This document shows positions 55,806-64,000 of a stretch of 64,000 bases of DNA, piece after piece. The DNA comes from Pseudomonadota bacterium. GTDB lineage: Archaea; Thermoplasmatota; SW-10-69-26; JACQPN01; JAJPHT01. The stretch spans positions 1 to 64,000 of the forward strand of contig JAJPHT010000019.1 in assembly GCA_021325135.1 (NCBI GenBank). The letters are read 5' to 3'. Both the position numbers and the translations under genes were made by a program. Under the pieces are notes generated by a model that was not told the origin of the DNA, made no database searches, and was given only the letters and a program-made list of their open reading frames with translations. Within the stretch, counting starts at the first letter, position 1. Each line of letters opens with the position of its first letter.

Positions 55806-56630
55806 CTATGGTGCTGACGTGCGCACGATCATCTCGTTGAGGGCCCCGGTGCGGTAGCCGCGCGGGTCCACCTCGACCTCGGAGTAGCCGAGGAGCCGGA
55901 AGGCGGGCGTGATATCACCCAGGAGGGCGCGCAGGCGGGCGATCTCGTCGGGCAGCACCTCGACGCGGGCGAGCCGGCCCTCGGAGAGCGTGCGGACGCG
56001 CACCTGGCGGAAGCCCCGCGCGCGCAGCAGCGACTCCGCCTGCCCGATGCGCGTGAGCTTCTGCAGGGTGACCGGCTCGCCGTAGGGGATGCGGCTGCTC
56101 AGGCACGCCATGCTGGGCTTGTCCCAGACGGGCAGCGCGAGGTGCTTCGCCACGGCGCGCACCTCCTCCTTGGTCATGGCCAGCTCGACGAAGGGCTGCC
56201 AGAGCCCCTTCTCGCGGATGGCCTGCGTGCCGGGCCGCCAGTCGGAGAGGTCGTCCTGGTTCGTGCCCACGGCGACGGCGGAGAAGCCGCGCGCCTGCGC
56301 GATCTCCAGCATGACCTCGCCCAGCCCCTTGCGGCAGAAGTAGCAGCGGTTCACCGGGTTCGCCGCGTACTCGGCGTCGGCCAGCTCGCTGTGCCAGACC
56401 ACCTCGTGGGGCACGCCCATGGCGCGGGCGAACCCCTCGGCCGCCTCGCGCTCCTCGCGGGCGTAGGACTCCGAGTCCACGATGACGGCGAGGCCGTCCC
56501 CGCCCAGCGCGTCGGCGCCCACCTTGGCCAGCACGGCGCTGTCGACGCCGCCGCTGAACGCGACGAGGACGCGCCCCTTGGCGCGGAACATCGACGCAAG
56601 CTGCGCCGCCAGGTCCGCCGGGTCCCGCAT
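55806..56630 (-). CDS. larE: ATP-dependent sacrificial sulfur transferase LarE
   Basis: AFSGGVDS, NRCYFC, D.RPG, ACLSSRIPYG, GYRTG. Confidence 0.93.
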   Translation of the reverse strand: MRDPADLAAQLASMFRAKGRVLVAFSGGVDSAVLAKVGADALGGDGLAVIVDSESYAREEREAAEGFARAMGVPHEVVWHSELADAEYAANPVNRCYFCRKGLGEVMLEIAQARGFSAVAVGTNQDDLSDWRPGTQAIREKGLWQPFVELAMTKEEVRAVAKHLALPVWDKPSMACLSSRIPYGEPVTLQKLTRIGQAESLLRARGFRQVRVRTLSEGRLARVEVLPDEIARLRALLGDITPAFRLLGYSEVEVDPRGYRTGALNEMIVRTSAP

Positions 56631-56681
56631 GTCGCGCCCATGACGGGTCTCACGGCTTGAACCTTGGGACGCCCCGGCCGA

Positions 56682-57152
56682 TCAGGAATACGCCACGGTC
56701 ACGCGCAGCGCGTAGGACGTGCTCACGTCGACGCCCTGCGCGGAGAAGGCGCCGCCGGTGCCCACCACCTGGACGTGCCACGTCCCGGGGGCCAGCGGCG
56801 CGGCGGCGAGGAGGGTGCCGTTGGGGTGCGCGACGTCGAGGTCCGCCTTGGCCCGCGGCGCGCCGGCGGCGTCCAGCAGGGTCACGGTGATGGCGGCGGG
56901 CGTGCCTTGGGAGGGGAGCACGCCGCCCGACTTGGTGAGGAGCCCCGCGGAGACGTTGAGGGCGCGGGCCCCTGCCTCCACGGGGAAGGAGAAGGTGCGG
57001 TTGTACTGCGGGGTCAGCGCGTCGTGGAAGCCGCGCACGTAGTCCGCGCGCGCCCCGTCGCCGCCGCGCAGGGGCCCCAGGCCGGAGCCGGCGCCCGCGC
57101 AGCCCGAGAGCGCGAGGGCCGCAAGGACCAGCAGGGCGCGTCGCGGCATCAT
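56682..57152 (-). CDS. Hypothetical lipoprotein
   Basis: Lipobox LSGC; PGTW.V.V...Y.L.V beta-sandwich pattern. Confidence 0.6.
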   Translation of the reverse strand: MMPRRALLVLAALALSGCAGAGSGLGPLRGGDGARADYVRGFHDALTPQYNRTFSFPVEAGARALNVSAGLLTKSGGVLPSQGTPAAITVTLLDAAGAPRAKADLDVAHPNGTLLAAAPLAPGTWHVQVVGTGGAFSAQGVDVSTSYALRVTVAYS

Positions 57153-57454
57153 GCGTGCCCCTCGTAGCGTCCCGGCTCTTGAACCCGTGCCCCGGTGCCA
57201 ATGGCGCCTGCCGGAGCCCACAGCACCACCCAGGCGTCCGCCCCAGGGGTGGCCCGGCCTCCGCGCTGGAGTTTGGCTTGGTGAAGCGCGAAGGCGGGCC
57301 GCTCCCCGGGCCGCCAGAGGACGAGAACGAGATCGCCCTCCGGCGGGAACTCGGCGCCCAGGAGGTCGAGGCGGCCCTCCGCGCTGAGCCGGGCCAGCGG
57401 TTGGACCTCGAACCTCAGCGGCGGCGGGTGGGCGCGCAGCGACCCCGTGGGCAC
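57149..57454 (-). CDS. Hypothetical protein
   Basis: Stop overlaps the downstream ATG (ATGA); start uncertain (GTG 57454 or 57505). Confidence 0.4.
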   Translation of the reverse strand: MPTGSLRAHPPPLRFEVQPLARLSAEGRLDLLGAEFPPEGDLVLVLWRPGERPAFALHQAKLQRGGRATPGADAWVVLWAPAGAIGTGARVQEPGRYEGHA

Positions 57455-57537
57455 GCCCCCTACGAACGTCGAGGTTGCCAAGACCCTTGTCCCGCGATCA
57501 CCCAACGTTCATGGCGCAGGAGCCCCTGGGGGCGGAT

Positions 57538-57931
57538 GCCTGGAAGCCGGCGGACGGCCGACGCTCCCGCAAGGGGGTGAGGAAAGTCCCGGCTCCCGTG
57601 AGCAGGGGCGTCGCGGCGCGATCCCAAGGACGCGCAGCGGCCGGGGCGAGAGCCCCGACCGAGGAGCAGACACGACACCGCCCCCGGGCAGCGTGATGGG
57701 GACCCAAGCCCCGGACGTTCCGGAGGGAGAGGATGAAACGGCCATCGGTCCCCGGAGCAAGTCCAAACGGCCCCGTCACGGCGCTCACCCAGGGGCGAGT
57801 CGGACGCGCCCCTCCGCATGGAGGGGGACGCCCGGAGGTCACAGTCCGGCGCGTCAGGAGAATGCCGTCAGTCCCCGGCGTCGCAAGACCACGGGGATGA
57901 ACAGAACCGGGCTTACGACCGGCATCCAGGC
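57538..57931 (+). ncRNA. rnpB: RNase P RNA (archaeal)
   Basis: GAGGAAAGTCC (57579-57589) and AACAGAACCGGGCTTA P4 motifs; P1 GCCTGGAAGCCGG/CCGGCATCCAGGC; GATGAAACGGCC. Confidence 0.96.
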
Positions 57932-58054
57932 CTCGCATTTCCCGGACGGGCCAAGGGCTCGCCCCTTCGTCGATATCACCCTTCGAGCCAACCGAGGAAG
58001 TGGCTAGAACCTTTCTAAGACTCGTGAAGGCGAGGTTCCTCACGGTGACCCCGA

Positions 58055-58348
58055 GTGGTTGAGAACCTTCCCCAGGATGAGGAGACGAGGAGGAACGAAT
58101 CGCAGCCGGACGAGGAGGAGCAGGCCTCCTCCAGCCGGCCGATGACCATCGAGGAGGCGGCGCGGAAGGGCGGCAACACGACGAAGGAGCGCTACGGGCC
58201 GGACTTCTACAGCCGCATCGGCCGCAAGGGCGGCCAGCGGGTGGCGCGCGAGCGCGGGCCCGACTTCTACTCCGAGATCGGCCGCAAGGGCGGCGAGGCC
58301 CGCGTGGCGCAGAGCCGGAAGCTCGAATCCGAGCGAAGCGAGGAGTGA
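58055..58348 (+). CDS. KGG-repeat general stress protein (GsiB/Em-like)
   Basis: MTIEEAARKGG, G.DFYS.IGRKGG twice. Confidence 0.88.
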   Translation: MVENLPQDEETRRNESQPDEEEQASSSRPMTIEEAARKGGNTTKERYGPDFYSRIGRKGGQRVARERGPDFYSEIGRKGGEARVAQSRKLESERSEE

Positions 58349-58397
58349 GAGGGCGTCCTTCGGCGCGCCAGGACCTGCTTCCCTCGTCCCCTCGCAT

Positions 58398-58467
58398 CGC
58401 GACGGCGCCACGACGCGACGGACGAGGAGCCAAAGGTTCCCGGTCGTCGCGTCGTGGCGCCGTCGCG
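58398..58467. repeat. 23-bp perfect inverted repeat with ~8-nt periodic CGACG arms
   Basis: CGCGACGGCGCCACGACGCGACG ... CGTCGCGTCGTGGCGCCGTCGCG between convergent genes. Confidence 0.82.
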
Positions 58468-58539
58468 TCGTCGCGTTGAGGCGTGACAGGCGCAGGATCA
58501 GCCGCCCGCCAGCGCGGTGGCGACCACCATGGCGGCTCC

Positions 58540-61086
58540 TCAGAGGAGGCCCACGGGCCCCGTCGTCGTCATGCCCGGGTCGGTGTAGTACGGCAGGAAG
58601 CGCACGCCGGGGCTCACGCCGTTCTGGTACGCGCCCGCCTGGTCGGCCACGTCCACCGGGGGCCCCATGGGCGAGCCCCAGTAGTTGCTCGTGGCGTTGA
58701 CGAACGCGCTTCCCGCGCGGATGGCGTCGCGCTCGTTGCCCACGAAGAGGGAGCGGTGCACGTCCATGACGGAGGCGCCCGCGAGGCCCGCGCCGCCCAG
58801 GAGCCCCCACACGCCCTGCACGCTGACGGGGGGCGGCGTCGCGGGGACGGAGGGCGCGACGGGGCTCGCCGAGGCGTCGTCGAAGAGGATGCCGTCGAGG
58901 TTGTCCGAGACGTTGAGGCCCAGCGCGGTGATGGAGGTGGGGCTCGCGCGGATGCCCGCGCCGGCGTTGGACGTGAAGCTGGAGTCCGCAAGGTCGCCCG
59001 AGCCCACGAGGTACGCGCCGTGGCGGCCGTTGTGGTCGAACGAGGAGCCGCGGAGGGTGAACGCGCCGCGCGCCTCGACGCCGTCCCGGTCGTTGCCCGA
59101 CGCGACGACGTCCACGAGGGTCGCGCTGCCCAGGCGCGCGCCCGTGCCGCGGTTCGCGAGGAAGCGGTCCCCGCGCCAGGTGGTCGTGCCGTTGATGGAC
59201 GCGCCGTCGCCGCGGTTGTCCGCGACGAGGTTGCCCTCCGCCTCCACCTTGCCGCAGGTGGCGGGGCCGCCGCAGGGCTGCACGTCGACGACGCCCGCGC
59301 CGTTGCCCGTGAGCGCGTTGCCCAGGAGGCGCAGGTCCGCGCCGCTGGCCAGCACGAGGCCCGGGCCCGCGTTGTCCTCGATGCGGTCCTCCACGAGGGA
59401 GCCCACGGAGCCCCGCGCGAGAAGGCCCACGCCGTTGCGCGCGACGAGGCTGCCCGTGACGTTGAGGTCGCGCGCCGCGACGTCGAGCCCCACGCGCGCG
59501 TCCGTGACGCTGGCGTTCACGACGAGGAGCGGCGAGGAGGCGTCCGCGCGGATGCCGGTGTCCACCAAGGAGACGTTGGTGCGGAGCACCTGCACGCGGC
59601 AGCCCTGCGCGTCGATGCCCACGGTCCCCGCGGGGTCCACGGGGATCGTGACGTTGCTGTCCTTCACCGAGACGACGCAGGGCGGCACCTCGGAGGGGGC
59701 GGGCACGGCCATGGCCTCGACGCCCACCTGCGTCTGAAGGATCGTGGCGCCCTGCACGACGACGTTGAACGAGTTGACCGCGAGCACGCCCGCGCGCGCG
59801 TGGGCGAGGAGCGCGCCCTGCACGGTGGCGGTGTCCACCTCGTAGAGCACGACGTTGCCCTGCGCGGTGAGGGAGCCGAAGTAGCCCGCGGAGAAGCCCG
59901 AGTCGCGCACGCCGCCGCTGACGCTCACGTTGGCGGCCTTGTAGAAGTAGACCTGCTGGGAGGGGTCCAGCGCGCCGTCCACGTTGACGCCGTTGACGAG
60001 GTTGCCCTCCATCCACGGCACGGCCTGGCGCGAGGCGTAGGGCACGTCGAGGCCCACCGTGTTGTTGGCCAGCACGTTGGCGCGCAGGTGCGGGACGCTC
60101 CCCCCTTCGAGGGCGATCCCCACGGCGTTGCGCGTGACGAGGTTGCCCTCGACGTCGGTGGACGTGTCCCTCAGCCGCAGCCCGGCCTGCGCGTTGTCGC
60201 CGATGGTGTTGTTGGCGAAGAGGAGCGGCGAGTGGTCGACGACCGCGGCGTCGGCGCGCCCATCAAGGAGGACGTTCCCTTGGACGACGCCCGAGGCGTG
60301 CCAGAGGTTGAGCTGGACGCCCGTGGAGAAGCGCACGGTGTTGTTGACGACCACCGCGTCCTTGGTGAGCGTCACGTCGATGCCCGTCGCGCACTCGTCG
60401 ATGGAGTTGTTGGCGATGAGGGTGCCGATGGCGTTGACGCTCACGATGGCGCCCTGGCACGAGGAGATGGTGTTGCACGCGATGGTGGCGTTGGTGGTGA
60501 ACTTGACGAGGATCGCGTTCACCACCGAGTCGTCGTGCACGTCGTTGCAGAGGATGGACGGGCTGCCCTGCTGCGCCGAGATGCCGGTGGGCGTGTAGAT
60601 GAAGGCGTTCCCCTCGACGCGCGCGTTGCTGGAGAGGAGGACGACGCCCTGGTTGCTGGGCCCCATGGACGTGTCGCCCACGAAGCTGTTGTCCACGACG
60701 GCCGTGTCGGCGTTGGCCACGCTGACGCCCACGCCCATGGTGAGGAGCTTGTTGTTGGCCACGAGCCCCGCGCCTGCGGCCTGCTCGACCTGCACGCCGT
60801 AGCGCGCGCTGATATCATTGTCGCGCACGACGAACGCGGCGGTGACGTTGTGGATGCGGATGCCCACGCCGCTGCCGGCGCGGATGCTCCAGCCCGCGAT
60901 GACGTAGGGGTCGGAGGGGGCGCCGCTGCCGGAGACGACGCCGTGCGCGGCGGTGAAGTTGGCGTCCCCCTCGACCAGGATGGGCGCGTGGGGGAGGAAC
61001 GGGCCGGGCGAGGGGCCCGGGAGCGCGGCGGCCGGAAGGCTCGCCATCAGCACCGCCAGGACGATCGCGGCCGCTCCCCCGCGCAT
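58540..61086 (-). CDS. Large secreted right-handed parallel beta-helix protein (NosD/pectin-lyase-like fold)
   Basis: Signal peptide; PHAPI...GSG..SDPYVI; many N...N..GI repeats; NATSNYWG. Confidence 0.85.
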   Translation of the reverse strand: MRGGAAAIVLAVLMASLPAAALPGPSPGPFLPHAPILVEGDANFTAAHGVVSGSGAPSDPYVIAGWSIRAGSGVGIRIHNVTAAFVVRDNDISARYGVQVEQAAGAGLVANNKLLTMGVGVSVANADTAVVDNSFVGDTSMGPSNQGVVLLSSNARVEGNAFIYTPTGISAQQGSPSILCNDVHDDSVVNAILVKFTTNATIACNTISSCQGAIVSVNAIGTLIANNSIDECATGIDVTLTKDAVVVNNTVRFSTGVQLNLWHASGVVQGNVLLDGRADAAVVDHSPLLFANNTIGDNAQAGLRLRDTSTDVEGNLVTRNAVGIALEGGSVPHLRANVLANNTVGLDVPYASRQAVPWMEGNLVNGVNVDGALDPSQQVYFYKAANVSVSGGVRDSGFSAGYFGSLTAQGNVVLYEVDTATVQGALLAHARAGVLAVNSFNVVVQGATILQTQVGVEAMAVPAPSEVPPCVVSVKDSNVTIPVDPAGTVGIDAQGCRVQVLRTNVSLVDTGIRADASSPLLVVNASVTDARVGLDVAARDLNVTGSLVARNGVGLLARGSVGSLVEDRIEDNAGPGLVLASGADLRLLGNALTGNGAGVVDVQPCGGPATCGKVEAEGNLVADNRGDGASINGTTTWRGDRFLANRGTGARLGSATLVDVVASGNDRDGVEARGAFTLRGSSFDHNGRHGAYLVGSGDLADSSFTSNAGAGIRASPTSITALGLNVSDNLDGILFDDASASPVAPSVPATPPPVSVQGVWGLLGGAGLAGASVMDVHRSLFVGNERDAIRAGSAFVNATSNYWGSPMGPPVDVADQAGAYQNGVSPGVRFLPYYTDPGMTTTGPVGLL

Positions 61087-61112
61087 ACGGCCTCGCGAGG
61101 GGTGCCTCGGCC

Positions 61113-62459
61113 TTACCCTTTCTCTTCGGACCGTGTGTCTGCCGCGTCGGGCGGCGGCAGCCCCGCTGCGACGTCGTCGGGCACGCGGCATCGCGTCTCG
61201 CGCCCCTGGGCCTCCTTCACCACGAGGCCGCGCGCCTCCAGCTTCTTGACGTGGTAGTGGAGCGCCTGGCGCGTCATGCCCAGCCGCGCGGCTGCGCTCG
61301 CCTGGGCGCTGCCTGGGTGGGCCGCGAGGTCCCGCAGGATGCGAAGCTCCTGGGGCGTGAGGGCGGGCAGCGAGCGCGGCGCGGGCGCCTCCGGCGCGGG
61401 GGGCGCGGCGCGGGCGCGGCGCCGCTTCGCCAGGGGCTGCGCGACGATCAGGCCCGCGAGCGCCAGCGCCACGGCCCCGAGCCCCAGGGTGGCCCACGGG
61501 AACGCGGCGGGCGCGCCCTGCGGGACGGTCGCGGCCGCGGCGCGCAGGTAGGTCACGTTGTCCAGCGTCAGCGCGCCCGACTCGCTCCCCTCCACGTCGC
61601 GCACGTTGCCCAGCGTGGTCCCCACGAGGCGCGCCGTGCCGCCGCGCAGGGAGAGGCCCACCGCATTGGCGTCCAGCGTGTCGTTGCGGCTCTCGAAGGC
61701 GGGCCCGGGGCCCTCGACGAGGACGCCCACCGTGGCCGCGTGGAGGCGGTTCCCCGAGAAGGAGAGCGCGGGCGCAGGCTCCTCGCCCGAGGCCGCGTGG
61801 ATGGCGACGAGGGGCCCGCCCCCGGCCTGGAGCGCCGAGAGGTCGTTGCGCGCGAAGGATGCGTTGAGCGGCCCGCCGTCCCATGCCACGTCCACCAGGG
61901 GCGCGTCGCCGCGCAGCGTGGAGTCCTCCACGAGGAGCGAGGCGGCGGAGGAGACCTCGATGCCGCGCCCGTTGGCCTCCACGAGCCCGCGGGAGAGCGA
62001 CACGCGCGGCGAGCCCTGCACGACCAGCGCGGGGCCCGCGTTGCCGCGGAACGACGCGTCGCGCAGGTCGACGCGGCTGTCGTTCGCCACCACGAGCCCT
62101 TCGCGGTTGGCCTCGAACGCCACGTCGTGCGCCTCCAGCGCGCCGTGCGAGACGGCGATGGCCGCGCCGTGCGAGCCCCAGAAGCGCGCGTGCTCCACCC
62201 GGCTCGTGCCGTTCCCCAGGAGGAGCACCGGGACGGCCACCTCCGCGCGGTGGGCCGGATCGCCCTCCACCACCAGGGAGCCCCACACCTCGACGTGGCC
62301 GGGCCCCGTGATGGCGACGCCGGGGCCCCACTCCAGGGTGTCGTTGGCCGCGACCACGACCACGTCGTCCAGGTAGACGGCGCCGACCCACGGCTCCGCG
62401 CGGGCGCCCGGCGCCAGCGCCAGGACGAGGAGCGCCGCGACGAGCCATCCCCGGGGCAC
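61113..62459 (-). CDS. Extracellular beta-helix + TM + C-terminal winged-HTH regulator
   Basis: Signal peptide, beta-helix repeats, TM (FPWATLGL...AQPLAKRRR), LTPQELRIL...GMTRQALHYHVKKLEARGLV. Confidence 0.82.
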   Translation of the reverse strand: MPRGWLVAALLVLALAPGARAEPWVGAVYLDDVVVVAANDTLEWGPGVAITGPGHVEVWGSLVVEGDPAHRAEVAVPVLLLGNGTSRVEHARFWGSHGAAIAVSHGALEAHDVAFEANREGLVVANDSRVDLRDASFRGNAGPALVVQGSPRVSLSRGLVEANGRGIEVSSAASLLVEDSTLRGDAPLVDVAWDGGPLNASFARNDLSALQAGGGPLVAIHAASGEEPAPALSFSGNRLHAATVGVLVEGPGPAFESRNDTLDANAVGLSLRGGTARLVGTTLGNVRDVEGSESGALTLDNVTYLRAAAATVPQGAPAAFPWATLGLGAVALALAGLIVAQPLAKRRRARAAPPAPEAPAPRSLPALTPQELRILRDLAAHPGSAQASAAARLGMTRQALHYHVKKLEARGLVVKEAQGRETRCRVPDDVAAGLPPPDAADTRSEEKG

Positions 62460-62559
62460 GGCCCCCGCTTCGCGCTGCCGGCATGAAACATTTTCGGGCC
62501 ACGTCCCCTGGGGCCCCCGCCCGAAAGGGGAAGTAGGTCGACCCGGAGACGGGGGAGGC

Positions 62560-63027
62560 GTGCGCGTCCCTGCGTTGACGATGCTCCTGCTCGCCCCCGC
62601 GCTCGCCGGGTGCACCCTCGTGCCCGAGCCCAAGCCGCAGGACCTCTCCGGCGTCGTGGACGGCTACGACCCCACGGCGTCGTACCTCAAGGTGCACGTC
62701 CAGGACGGCGACCGCACCGTGCTGGTGGACTTCGACCGCCGCGACTGGAACGTCAACGGCATCGCGCAGCTCATCGACGAGAAGCTCGTGCGCAACCTGA
62801 CCATCCACGGCATGCCCCGCGACGTGCTCAACGAGATCCTCGTGGAGACCGTGGGCGACCCCTCGCAGCTGGCCAAGTACCGCTGGACCGACCAGACCTC
62901 CCCCGAGGAGCGCAGCGCGGCGGACAAGGCCTACGACGAGCTGGTCGCCAAGGCGCATCCGCCCGCGGGCGTCGCCGTCTCCCCGCCGTCGCCCACCGTG
63001 GCGCTGCCCACGGTCGCGCGGCCCTGA
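62560..63027 (+). CDS. Hypothetical lipoprotein
   Basis: Lipobox LAGC; host-like codons. Confidence 0.7.
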   Translation: MRVPALTMLLLAPALAGCTLVPEPKPQDLSGVVDGYDPTASYLKVHVQDGDRTVLVDFDRRDWNVNGIAQLIDEKLVRNLTIHGMPRDVLNEILVETVGDPSQLAKYRWTDQTSPEERSAADKAYDELVAKAHPPAGVAVSPPSPTVALPTVARP

Positions 63028-63032
63028 GGCGC

Positions 63033-63839
63033 TCACCGGCTCGGCGAAGGCGGGACCATGCCGTCGTCGAAGCCGACGCTGGCGTGGCTGCCGTTGCAGA
63101 AGGGCTTGTTGGCCGAGACGCCGCAGCGGCAGAGCGTCACGCGGTTGCGGACCTCGTAGCGCCGGCCGTCGGCGGACTCGACGGGGATCCCGCCCTGGAC
63201 CCACAGGGGGCCGCTGCACCCGAGGGCGGGGTCCTCGACGACGCCGATGGCGGGCGCGAGCTTGTGCTCGATGGGCTTGCGCGTGGCGTTGTCGTGGACG
63301 ACGAGCCTCCCCGAGGGGCACTGGTTGGCCTCGCGGATGGCGAGCTTGCGCGCGTCGGGGTCGTCCGTCTGGCCGATGATCCCCCAGATCTTGCCGCCGG
63401 GATCGCAGAAGCGCGCGAACGCGCAGAGGATCTCCGCGTCGTCGAGGGAGAGCGAGGGCCCGGGCGTGCGCTCGGCCTGCCGCGCGTAGGGCCTCCGCGT
63501 CGCCGTCTCCGTCCCGTCGAACCTCGCGCGCGTGTGGCTCCCGTCGCAGAACGGCTTCGCCTGGGACTGGCCGCAGCGGCAGAGCGCGTAGGTGTCGCCC
63601 ACCTGGAACGCCTTTCCGGGGACCCAGTCCCACGAGAAGCCCTCCGCGTCGGGCGTGATGACCTGGATCCGCAGGGGGACGTCCCCCGTGACGACGAAGG
63701 GCCCGTCCTTCGTGACGACGATGCGGCTCCCCGCGCCGGGCTTCGCGAAGACCGCCTCGGGCGGCACGAACGCGGTGGAGGCCGGGTCGACGGCGCGCGC
63801 AGGCTTCGCGGGGAGGGGATCGCCGGGCTCTGCTGTCAT
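63033..63839 (-). CDS. CDGSH iron-sulfur protein (two CDGSH domains + central ferredoxin-like domain)
   Basis: LCRCGQSQAKPFCDGSH, CAFARFC...CPSG, LCRCGVSANKPFCNGSH. Confidence 0.92.
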   Translation of the reverse strand: MTAEPGDPLPAKPARAVDPASTAFVPPEAVFAKPGAGSRIVVTKDGPFVVTGDVPLRIQVITPDAEGFSWDWVPGKAFQVGDTYALCRCGQSQAKPFCDGSHTRARFDGTETATRRPYARQAERTPGPSLSLDDAEILCAFARFCDPGGKIWGIIGQTDDPDARKLAIREANQCPSGRLVVHDNATRKPIEHKLAPAIGVVEDPALGCSGPLWVQGGIPVESADGRRYEVRNRVTLCRCGVSANKPFCNGSHASVGFDDGMVPPSPSR

Positions 63840-64000
63840 CGGAGGGACCCGCGGCCCGGAGCGCGCTGCGCGAGCTTCATCGTGGTGGCTCCCCGCCCGC
63901 CTCGCGGCGGACGCCCGCGCCGATGCCTCCTTCCCGTCCCGCGCGCTTCCCGCCTCCGAGGTCGCCCCATGGCCCGAACCCCCGCGTCGCCGCTGCTTGC

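Noticed and set aside
57447-58018. ORFs across 57.5-58.0 kb
   Set aside because: The region is the RNase P RNA
24516-58467. CRISPR array from the periodic repeats
   Set aside because: Units are 7-9 nt inside inverted arms with no repeat-spacer pattern, and no cas genes are present
63969-64000. Possible gene start at the window end
   Set aside because: Only about 10 codons are visible, too few to support a call

Overview
High-GC archaeal chromosomal window. The archaeal assignment rests on archaeal ribosomal proteins, SUI1, Rpp29, TFE, aTrm56, RbkR and TATA-like promoters; a high-GC Thermoplasmatota lineage is likely but is inference. From left to right: (1) the L3-L4-L23-L2-S19-L22-S3-L29-SUI1-Rpp29-S17-L14-L24 operon on the minus strand, preceded by a ~300-nt apparently structured leader, with S3 fused to a helix-hairpin-helix domain; (2) an AT-richer two-gene HATPase + STAS-like island; (3) housekeeping and accessory genes (GT39, DEAD helicase, MFS, tRNA-Ser(GCT) with a duplicated 3' half, cyclase, IscA, TatA, MoeA, FolD) and a secreted protein with three expansin-D2-like repeats; (4) a ~23-kb surface-glycan cluster (flippase, GT2/GT4 enzymes, rml genes, HddA/GmhA/GmhB heptose enzymes) interrupted by an MNT-HEPN toxin-antitoxin pair and lhgO; (5) an anchored DUF3494 ice-binding-like protein; (6) TFE, aTrm56, an ArsR-like regulator, RbkR, NOG1, SDR, FAH, patatin, LarE, RNase P RNA and a KGG stress protein; (7) a beta-helix/TM/wHTH one-component regulator candidate next to a large secreted beta-helix protein, and a CDGSH protein. 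Several intergenic palindromes with periodic arms are scattered through the window. No CRISPR array, integrase or transposase was seen. All calls come from motif recognition; no searches were run.
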